Source of the DNA: a virus
Lineage: Duplodnaviria > Caudoviricetes
Virus record (IMG/VR): IMGVR_UViG_3300037258_000793
Location: 1 to 50,610 of that record
DNA length: 50,610 nt
Strand: one strand, 5' to 3'
Part shown: positions 8,646 to 16,224 of the stretch, one piece after another
Numbering within the stretch: the first letter of the stretch is position 1
Layout of the letters: the number at the start of each line of letters is the position of its first letter
Notes under the pieces: generated by a model
Told to the model about the DNA's origin: nothing
Databases searched by the model: none
Seen by the model: the letters and a program-made list of their open reading frames with translations, nothing else
Program-made: the position numbers and the translations under genes

Positions 8646-8801
8646 ATGCCCGAGACTGAAGCGCAGAAAGCCGCCCGGGAACTCGCCGAGGCGCTGGCCG
8701 CCGCCGACACGGTCATCGAACTCACAGCGCGATTCGACGCTGCGATGAAAGCCAAGGACGAGTGGGAGAAAACCCACAACCCGGACGGCACAGCGAAGTA
8801 G
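8646..8801 (+). CDS. Small hypothetical protein (51 aa)
   Basis: RBS AAGGAG before ATG 8646; MPETEAQKAARELAEALAA. Confidence 0.65.
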   Translation: MPETEAQKAARELAEALAAADTVIELTARFDAAMKAKDEWEKTHNPDGTAK

Positions 8802-8825
8802 CGCCCGTACGGCCCCGGGGTCGTG

Positions 8826-9305
8826 TCAGCCGCCCAGTAGCCCGTCGACGGCCGAGATCACACCCGGGAACGGGGGCGCGCTGGCCGCCGGCAGGCTCAC
8901 CGCGGCCGACACGACCAGCGGCCGCGGGACCGGCCCGACCGTCACCACGACCGCGATCACCGGCGGCGACGGCGTGGGCGTGGGCGACGGGCCCGCGCCG
9001 CCGGCGCCGGACCCGGTGGACGGCGAGCCCGGCGACATCGGCGTGCCGGCCGAGCTCGACCCGGTTCCGGTCAGCGCGGCCGCCCCGCCGCCGGTCGACC
9101 GGGCGGTGGCGGACGGCGACGGCCCTGCGGCCCGGCCCGTCGCCGCCGATCGGGGCGCGCCGGCCACCACGTGCGGCGCCCCAGGAGACGCCAGCTGCGC
9201 CAGCTGATGGCCCGGCACGAGCGCCTGATACACCGCCAGGGCCACCGCGCCGGCGGCCAGCGCGCCCCACACCGCCTCCTGCGAGTGGCGCCCGGCCCGA
9301 CTCAC
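8826..9305 (-). CDS. Membrane-anchored Pro/Ser/Gly-rich protein at the end of the lysis cassette
   Basis: GTG overlaps the holin-like gene stop; single N-terminal TM then low-complexity sequence. Confidence 0.55.
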   Translation of the reverse strand: MSRAGRHSQEAVWGALAAGAVALAVYQALVPGHQLAQLASPGAPHVVAGAPRSAATGRAAGPSPSATARSTGGGAAALTGTGSSSAGTPMSPGSPSTGSGAGGAGPSPTPTPSPPVIAVVVTVGPVPRPLVVSAAVSLPAASAPPFPGVISAVDGLLGG

Positions 9306-9538
9306 CGGCTCAGCGCCTGGACCCACAGGCCCGCCAGCGCGCCCGCGGCCGCCACCACGCCGGTTACCTTCTGCCATGTCCACTGCCTCCGCGACTCATC
9401 GCGCTTGGCGAGCTCGTCCATGTCCGTCTCGTGCTGCTCGCGCAGCGCACGGACCTCTTCTTCCAGGCGGCCGAGCCGATAGTCGACGCCCTTCTGGACG
9501 GCCTCGAACAGGTCGCGCCTGATGGGCTCATTCGGCAT
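9302..9538 (-). CDS. Holin-like / lysis membrane protein
   Basis: Coiled coil plus C-terminal TM; immediately downstream of the endolysin. Confidence 0.6.
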   Translation of the reverse strand: MPNEPIRRDLFEAVQKGVDYRLGRLEEEVRALREQHETDMDELAKRDESRRQWTWQKVTGVVAAAGALAGLWVQALSR

Positions 9539-9570
9539 TCACCCCGCCTAACTGATCGCTCCCGGTTGGG

Positions 9571-10407
9571 TCAGGCCGTGGCAGCGGGCGCCGCGATGTT
9601 CAGCTGCCCGGAGACGGCCAGCGTCCCGGTCAGCGGGTTGGCCGGCGCGCCCTTGAGCGCGGCGAGCAGCTGCGCCAGCAGCGGGGCGGTCGGCGCGAAA
9701 TCGACCAGCATCTGCGCGATGGCGCCCGCATCGACGGTGATGGACGGCAGGTTCAGCTCGCCGTTGAGCGTCGCCGGGTCGTCCACGCCGGAGATCACCC
9801 CGCCGTCGAGCAGGTAGACGGACGCGTTGCCGCTCACGCGCACGATGGTGGCCATCTCGGATACCTCCGGTGTCGGGGCCGCGGGAGCCGCGGCCTGGAT
9901 GTCCCACAGCGGTGCGTCCGCTGCGAAGTCGTTGAGGTCGTAGCCGCCGGTGTCCTGGTACTGCTTGGCGGTCCACGACGGGTCGTCGTCCACGCCGTCC
10001 CAGTTCGCGACGTTGTAGCCGCCGGACGGACGCGGGTTCGCCAGGACGGTGGACTGCGAGCCGTACAGCAGCGTCTTGAACCCCGCGGCGGTGACCACGG
10101 CGTCGAACGCGTCGACGTAGGCGGCGTCGACGGCTGTCTCGAAGTCCAGCTGGATCAGGGTCCCGGCCGGCTGGCTGTGCGCGCGGGCCCAGGCGACCGC
10201 CGCGTTCGCGTCCGACTGCGCCTGGGCGCTGCCCGAGGGGTCCGAGCGCGTGTAGATCGGCAGCCGGTACCGGTAGGGCAGCGCGGCGATCTCGGCGTCC
10301 GACCAGACGTGCGGCGTGTCGCCGCCGATGTAGAAGCCCCAGCCCTGCACCGATGACGGATAGGAGCTCGCGGCCAGCGGATATGCCGAGTCACCGACCT
10401 GAACCAT
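9571..10407 (-). CDS. Endolysin, GH25-like/DUF1906 glycoside hydrolase
   Basis: GWGFYIGGDTPHVW, LIQLDFET, LLYGS, AKQY...DLN motifs; follows the tail genes; RBS GGAGG. Confidence 0.8.
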   Translation of the reverse strand: MVQVGDSAYPLAASSYPSSVQGWGFYIGGDTPHVWSDAEIAALPYRYRLPIYTRSDPSGSAQAQSDANAAVAWARAHSQPAGTLIQLDFETAVDAAYVDAFDAVVTAAGFKTLLYGSQSTVLANPRPSGGYNVANWDGVDDDPSWTAKQYQDTGGYDLNDFAADAPLWDIQAAAPAAPTPEVSEMATIVRVSGNASVYLLDGGVISGVDDPATLNGELNLPSITVDAGAIAQMLVDFAPTAPLLAQLLAALKGAPANPLTGTLAVSGQLNIAAPAATA

Positions 10408-10421
10408 CGTTACTCCTCCGA

Positions 10422-10437
10422 TCGAACTACTGTTCGA
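10422..10437. promoter_or_regulatory. Perfect actinobacterial LexA/SOS box upstream of the endolysin
   Basis: TCGAAC-TACT-GTTCGA between a -10-like TACCAT and the RBS. Confidence 0.8.
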
Positions 10438-10476
10438 ATCCCATGGTAGTCACGCCCTCCCCGCGGCAGTAGGCCG

Positions 10477-12468
10477 CTAGCCTCCCACCGCGACCGCATA
10501 GATCATGAAGTTGCTGGCCGTCAGCGACCCGACCGCGACCGAGGCGGGCAGCGTGGACTGCCCGGTCAGCACAGAGGAGAGCGCCGGGGACTGCCCCATC
10601 TCGCTGGCGATCAGCGGCGTGACGCCGAACGTGGTCGGTGCCGTCGCGCCGGTGACCACCAGGGCGCCGATCGCGTACTGCTGCCCGGCCTGGATGGTGA
10701 CCGGCGAGGTGAGGTTGAGGGTGTAGGCCGTGGACAACGTCGCGAACGTCGAGGTGGTGTTCGCCGATACGCCGACCTGGGCGAGGTTCCCCGACCCGTC
10801 GACCGTGTAGAGACCGAACGCCACGTAGGACGGAGTCGCCCCGGCCGCGGTGCCGTCGCCCACCATGCGGATCCCGGTGACGACCGCCGTCCGCTTGGCC
10901 TGGAAATACGCGAAGCGCACGGATCCCGACGACATGGTGATGGTCGTCGCCGCGGCCCGCCGGTCGACCGTCTCCTGCCCCGCGGCGAGCTTCCCCTCGT
11001 TCCACTGGTCCAGGGGCGCGGGCAGGTTCGTCGAGTTGCGCAGCCCGATCATCACGTTGCCGACGGTCAGCACGCCAGCCACCTGCACCGGAGAGACGCC
11101 ATAGTTGCCATACGGCGTCGCACGCTGGTCGATCACGACGTTGCCGCGCACGACGCACGCCGTGGCCGTCGACGGCGAGTTGAAATCACAGCGGATCCCA
11201 ATGTTCTGCGTCAGGTCCGACGACGCGATCGCCGTCACACCGTCCGCCTTGAAATGGGTGCCCGGGTCGATGATCGTGTTCTCGCCGATCACGACGGATG
11301 TTGCCCCGTCGAACGTGATCCCGGCGTCCGCGCTGCCGGTGATCGTGTTGTTGCTGACCTGCAGCCCGTAGGCGATCGACGTGCCCGGGCTACCGGGGCT
11401 CGACGAGCTGCCGCGGATCAGGATGCCGGACACGTCACTGTCGGTCGGCCCGGCGACCTCACCGCGGTAGTAGAGGCGGTTGATGTGGTTGCCGGAGACG
11501 ACGCCGAATTTCGGTGCATCCACAACGTAGATGCCTGATTCGCCGCAGCCGTACACGACGTTGCCGGTGCACACGAAGTTGCTCGGGCCGACCGCGCCGG
11601 AGAATCCGGCCAGCCAGAAACCGTGGTAGCAGCAGTTTTCGGCGGTGTTGCCGACGCAGACCACTTTGTTGTTGCCACGGCTGATGCTGAATCCATTGTC
11701 GGCGCTCATCAGCGAGTGGTTACCCAGGCATTGGACCTCCTGGTTGTAGCCCCACCCGGCATCCATGCAGTTGTAGAACGAGCAGCCCTGCACGAGCACG
11801 CGCCCGGTCACGCCGAAGATCTTGATCGGGAGGCTCGAGCAGTTCTGCACCGTCACGTTCTGGATCACCACATTGGTGATCACCGGCATGCCGGCGTTGG
11901 ACACGTCGAGCGACCCTGAGATGTAGATCCCCGTGTTCGTCCCGGGGCCGGACGTCGTGCGTGCCCTGGTCGGTACGGTCACCGTCTGGTTCACGGTGCC
12001 CTCGATCAGCAGGTCCCGAATCGTGATGTTCGAGGCGGCGACCGTCGTCGACGAGGAGATCGCGAAGTTCACGCCGAGGTTCTTCAGCTTGCTGTAGCCC
12101 GGGATCCCGGCCAGGGTGACGTTGCTCTTCGGCGTCAGGCCGGTGCCGGACACGGCGTGCTGGCCGAGCAGCACGACGCCGCCGCCGGCCGCCGCCGCCG
12201 CGTTGATCGCAGACTGGATGATCGCGGTGTCGTCCGTCGTATAGTCGCCGGCCGCGCCCCACACCGGCGAGAGGACGTCGTACTGCGCCGCGGGGCCGCC
12301 CAAGGGCGCCTGCGGGGTGAAGTTACCGGACCCGTCGCAGGCCAGCACGTCGCCGATGGCCGCGCCCGGGACGTTGATCGGCGGCGAACCGGCGAGGGTC
12401 TGCGTCCCGGTCGAGGTGTCGCCGGTCTTGGAGACCTTGTCGTCCAGACCGAAAACGAACGCTGTCAC
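10477..12468 (-). CDS. Tail spike / receptor-binding protein with pectate-lyase-like parallel beta-helix
   Basis: WGAAGDYTTDDTAIIQSAINAA...GGGVVLL motif followed by repeated GN-x-I beta-helix rungs. Confidence 0.85.
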   Translation of the reverse strand: MTAFVFGLDDKVSKTGDTSTGTQTLAGSPPINVPGAAIGDVLACDGSGNFTPQAPLGGPAAQYDVLSPVWGAAGDYTTDDTAIIQSAINAAAAAGGGVVLLGQHAVSGTGLTPKSNVTLAGIPGYSKLKNLGVNFAISSSTTVAASNITIRDLLIEGTVNQTVTVPTRARTTSGPGTNTGIYISGSLDVSNAGMPVITNVVIQNVTVQNCSSLPIKIFGVTGRVLVQGCSFYNCMDAGWGYNQEVQCLGNHSLMSADNGFSISRGNNKVVCVGNTAENCCYHGFWLAGFSGAVGPSNFVCTGNVVYGCGESGIYVVDAPKFGVVSGNHINRLYYRGEVAGPTDSDVSGILIRGSSSSPGSPGTSIAYGLQVSNNTITGSADAGITFDGATSVVIGENTIIDPGTHFKADGVTAIASSDLTQNIGIRCDFNSPSTATACVVRGNVVIDQRATPYGNYGVSPVQVAGVLTVGNVMIGLRNSTNLPAPLDQWNEGKLAAGQETVDRRAAATTITMSSGSVRFAYFQAKRTAVVTGIRMVGDGTAAGATPSYVAFGLYTVDGSGNLAQVGVSANTTSTFATLSTAYTLNLTSPVTIQAGQQYAIGALVVTGATAPTTFGVTPLIASEMGQSPALSSVLTGQSTLPASVAVGSLTASNFMIYAVAVGG

Positions 12469-12478
12469 ATCAGGCCCC

Positions 12479-12787
12479 TCATGCGAAAGTCCCCATCACG
12501 ATGTATGACCTGCCATAAGGCACACACAGGACCGTGTCCCCGGCGAGCGGCGTGTACCCCGACCACACCGGATACGGCCCGGTCGCCGCGGGCTGGCCGG
12601 TGAACTTGACTGTCGGCTGCCCACTGGTGTACGACCCGGGGATCACCCCGACCCGCGTCGTCACCAGGACTCCCGGGTCCAGCACAAGGATCCTGGCCTC
12701 GACCTTGCGGAGCCTGTCCGAGAGCCCAGCGATCAGCTGCTCGAACAGCCGGCCCGGCGCCTGCGGGAACTGCGGAACGATCGGCAT
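12479..12787 (-). CDS. Minor tail protein
   Basis: Short coiled coil plus beta domain (YTPLAGDTVLCVPYGRSYIVMG); coupled start. Confidence 0.7.
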   Translation of the reverse strand: MPIVPQFPQAPGRLFEQLIAGLSDRLRKVEARILVLDPGVLVTTRVGVIPGSYTSGQPTVKFTGQPAATGPYPVWSGYTPLAGDTVLCVPYGRSYIVMGTFA

Positions 12788-13986
12788 CAGGCCACCTGCG
12801 TCGAGACGTAGCCGGACAGATTCCCCAGCGTGTACGTGGTCTTCTCCTCCTGCTGCGGGCCCGGCGGGACGAGATCCCACGCCGTGTACCGGCCTGTCAG
12901 CTGCAGACCCGGTGCACCGGACCGAGGGTCGGCCGGATGGATTTGGCTTGTCGCCGCGAACCGCACCGCGTCCCCCAGCCCGATCTCGCGCACCAGCGGC
13001 GAGTGCCCGGACTCCATGAGCAGCTGCGGGGCGACCGAGTCACCGGACACAGCCGGCAGCAGCGCGTCGACGTAGGCGTTGATCTGGTCCTGGCTCGTGG
13101 CGCCCTGGCCCGGCCACGTCACGGACATCTGCAGCAGCGGGGCGCCCGCGTCGAGGTCGGCCTGGTCGACGCCGTGCGGCAGCTGCGAGGTGAACGTCTC
13201 GGAGCCGCCGTTCGACGTCGACGTCCCGACGATCCAGTTCGAGCTGTTCGAGCCCATCCGCGCGTACGCATAGTCGGCCACGTTCCCCGGGTGCTGCAAC
13301 GTCTTGAACGGCGTCGTGGCGCCCAGATGCGGGAAACCCAACCGCAGCATGAACGCTGCCCCCGTCGGGGTGGGCACCGGAGCGAACGAGTACTCGAACC
13401 CGTCCGACGACGAGAGCAGGGAGAGTGCGTCCCCGGTCGCCTGGTAGTCGCTGTAGGTGCCGGAATACGTATCGACACCCGCCGCGATCATGTTGCTCGT
13501 GCCGAACGTCCACGAGTCCGTGACGCCCGCCTCGGTCGTCGTCGAGAGCTGTAGGCCCGCGACCTGGGTGTTCTGGCCGAGCGCCGGGCTGATGCCGTAC
13601 TGGACGATCTGCGTGGCGATCTGCAGGATGTCCGTGTTGTTGATCACCAGGCCGCCGGTGATCAGCCGCTTCGCGAACAGGCTCTCGAGCGTGGCTGCCG
13701 CGATCGGCATCGTGCCGTCGAGCACCGAGCGGTGCGGCAGGTCCCACAGGACGCCGCCCCAGATCGGGTACCTGTCCTGGGAGCACCACAGGATCGTCTT
13801 GCGGGTGTCCAGGGCGCTGAGCCACCGCAGGTTCTGGGACGGTGCGACGTTGAGCGGCAGGTACCCGGTCAGGCGCCCGATACCGCACAGGGCCATGCCC
13901 ATCTGGTTGGCCACGATGGGAATCTCGTCCGCGGTGATCTGCCCGGTCAGGATGTTGCTCGTCCAGAACCGGTAGGTGCTGGTCAC
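12787..13986 (-). CDS. Minor tail/baseplate hub protein
   Basis: GTG 13986; PIWGGVLW and LGDAVRF motifs of actinophage baseplate proteins; position after Dit. Confidence 0.8.
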   Translation of the reverse strand: MTSTYRFWTSNILTGQITADEIPIVANQMGMALCGIGRLTGYLPLNVAPSQNLRWLSALDTRKTILWCSQDRYPIWGGVLWDLPHRSVLDGTMPIAAATLESLFAKRLITGGLVINNTDILQIATQIVQYGISPALGQNTQVAGLQLSTTTEAGVTDSWTFGTSNMIAAGVDTYSGTYSDYQATGDALSLLSSSDGFEYSFAPVPTPTGAAFMLRLGFPHLGATTPFKTLQHPGNVADYAYARMGSNSSNWIVGTSTSNGGSETFTSQLPHGVDQADLDAGAPLLQMSVTWPGQGATSQDQINAYVDALLPAVSGDSVAPQLLMESGHSPLVREIGLGDAVRFAATSQIHPADPRSGAPGLQLTGRYTAWDLVPPGPQQEEKTTYTLGNLSGYVSTQVA

Positions 13987-15005
13987 GGGCTGACCGCGCT
14001 GACCAGGATGGTGCAGGACTCGGCCTGGATGGTTCCGGCGCCCTGAGTCGAGACCGCGATGGCGTACGTGTGCGTGCCCGCCGACGGAGTGTCCGCGAAC
14101 CAGACGGCGCGGCCGTCCAGCTGGCCGGAGCTTGTCTGCGCGACGATCAGCGTCCATTCGTCGAGCGGGGAGCCGTCCCTCAGCAACCCCAGGTTGAATC
14201 CATTTCCGACCGAGCCGGTGAAACCGAAAACTCCGATGGACAGATCGGCTTTTACCGGCGTGTCTCCATCGCAAGTCACGCTGACGGTGGCGCCCGAAGA
14301 CCAGCTCGAGCTCGTGGCGATGCCCGTGTTGCCTGAGGCGATTTGCGGTGCGAACGCGGCGGTCCGGGGGGCCTGTCCATTCCCGCGCACGAGCCGCTGC
14401 GTGGCGATGTTGTGCACGTAGTCCGACGAGTTCGACGATGCCGGGTAGGCGGCGGCGTTGGCGACCGGCAGGATCCCGCCGAGCGCCACAGTCCACTGGC
14501 GTTCATCGGTCACCGTCACACCGGTCGCTCCGGCCGCGACGTTCACCTGCGCGAGAGCGAGGGCGCCTGCGGGCGTGGCCGGCGCGGACGGGGAGCTGGC
14601 CGCCGTGCCGGTGATGATGTTGACGTTGTACGTCGACGAACTGGTGCCTACATCGTTGACCTGCGCGACGACCAGGTCGATTCGCGGGAGCGAGGGGTTG
14701 GCCGCTGCGACCGTCAGGCTGCCGCCCGTGTCCAGGCACAGCTCGTACGGGCCGCCGTCGTCACCGGATGCGCTGGGGATCCAGCATTGGCCGATCGCGA
14801 CGTTCACGCTCAGGCCCGAGCCTGCGGTCACCTGGAGGTTCGTACCGACTGGCGTCAGCCGCACGCCGCCACGTGCCTGGAGGCCGGTGCCCCCGGCCGC
14901 GCCGCAGCCGGTCATCTGCGCGGCCTCGGCCAGGCGCAAGTCCTGCCCGGCGACGGCGACACCGTCACCGTATGCCATCGGCCGGGCGGCCAGTGAGGTC
15001 GGCAT
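13983..15005 (-). CDS. Minor tail protein
   Basis: ANPSLPRIDLVVAQVND...GTAASSPSAPATPAGALALAQVNV...TDER motif. Confidence 0.85.
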   Translation of the reverse strand: MPTSLAARPMAYGDGVAVAGQDLRLAEAAQMTGCGAAGGTGLQARGGVRLTPVGTNLQVTAGSGLSVNVAIGQCWIPSASGDDGGPYELCLDTGGSLTVAAANPSLPRIDLVVAQVNDVGTSSSTYNVNIITGTAASSPSAPATPAGALALAQVNVAAGATGVTVTDERQWTVALGGILPVANAAAYPASSNSSDYVHNIATQRLVRGNGQAPRTAAFAPQIASGNTGIATSSSWSSGATVSVTCDGDTPVKADLSIGVFGFTGSVGNGFNLGLLRDGSPLDEWTLIVAQTSSGQLDGRAVWFADTPSAGTHTYAIAVSTQGAGTIQAESCTILVSAVSP

Positions 15006-15015
15006 AGTGGCACTC

Positions 15016-16224
15016 CTAGATGTAAGCGTTTTGCCAGGCGGCGGACAGGTTCGAGCCGGCGCCGGGGTTGCCGACCAGCTGCAGTTGGGTCGAGCCGGGC
15101 TGGCACACGAACCAGGCCGACGAGATGTCTGCGGGCGTGTACATGCCGTCGAGCGTCCCGGTGCGGCTGTCGAGGTCCACGACAAGCGAGTCGGAGGCCA
15201 TTAGGGTGATGCCGGACCACGAGACCGTCTGACCGTCGGTGGCGTCGTAGATCGCCGGGGCCGCGATCGGCCCGGTGATCGTGAGGACCGGCCGCGTCTC
15301 GAAATTCCCACCGTTCACGACGACGAGGCGACCCGGGGGCGCCTGCGGCGGCAGCGTGATCGGGGGCGTCCACGGCGGCGCGAGACCGGTCCCGGGTGCC
15401 GGAGTGGTGGCCGATGCGGTCTGCACGGTGACGGCGTATTTGCGCGGGTTCGGCGCGACCAGCACGATCGTGAACGCCACGTCCATCAGCGTCGGGTACT
15501 TCTCGACGATCCGGCCCTGTCTGCGCACCAGAGCCTGCTTCGGGATCGGCTCGTTGTAGACGAACGGCACCAGGTCGTTGACCGGTACGGCCTGCTGGAG
15601 TTTGGTCCGGGCCAGGTCCCGCAGCGCCTGGGTGTTCGCCGTAGCCTGGACGGTCAGGGTGATGGCGCGCGGCGCGTAGTACTGCGGGGACGGCCAGCCG
15701 CCATGATCGCTCCCGCGCTGGACTACCTTGCCGCTCGTGTCGGGGCTGTCCCAGCCCTCGACCTTCAACAGAGCCCAGACGATCCCGTCGCCGTCCACGG
15801 CCCCGAGCGGGATCGTCACGCCCTGGTAGGGGCCGATCGACCCGGTCCAGTACCCGGTGTCGCCCTGCGCGGGCGGCGTCGGCCCGGCCGGCGTGACGAC
15901 GATGTTCTCGATCCCGGGCGACGTGCCACCGACCGGCCCGAGCGTGCACGTCCAACAGGCCTGATAGACGCCGCCGTCCGCGGGCAGCGGCACGAGCCAA
16001 TCGAACGCGTACAGCCCGGCGCCGGTGCGGTAGACCTGGGTGCTCGACGGCAGCGACGCCCCGGAGTAGGTGAACGGACCGGCGAAGTCGGCCGTCTCGC
16101 CGACAACACCGCCGTACACGATGTCGAGCTGCACACTGTCCGGGTCGGTCAGGATCCCGCTGGACTGGTCGAAGAACTCCAGAGTCAGCGTGCTGGTGCA
16201 GCCCGCGGTGGCCTCGACGGTCAT
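15016..16224 (-). CDS. Distal tail protein (Dit) with N-terminal Ig-like extension
   Basis: VEGWDSP, PRAITL, LVAPNPRKY, NGGNFETRP motifs; directly after the tape measure gene. Confidence 0.8.
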   Translation of the reverse strand: MTVEATAGCTSTLTLEFFDQSSGILTDPDSVQLDIVYGGVVGETADFAGPFTYSGASLPSSTQVYRTGAGLYAFDWLVPLPADGGVYQACWTCTLGPVGGTSPGIENIVVTPAGPTPPAQGDTGYWTGSIGPYQGVTIPLGAVDGDGIVWALLKVEGWDSPDTSGKVVQRGSDHGGWPSPQYYAPRAITLTVQATANTQALRDLARTKLQQAVPVNDLVPFVYNEPIPKQALVRRQGRIVEKYPTLMDVAFTIVLVAPNPRKYAVTVQTASATTPAPGTGLAPPWTPPITLPPQAPPGRLVVVNGGNFETRPVLTITGPIAAPAIYDATDGQTVSWSGITLMASDSLVVDLDSRTGTLDGMYTPADISSAWFVCQPGSTQLQLVGNPGAGSNLSAAWQNAYI

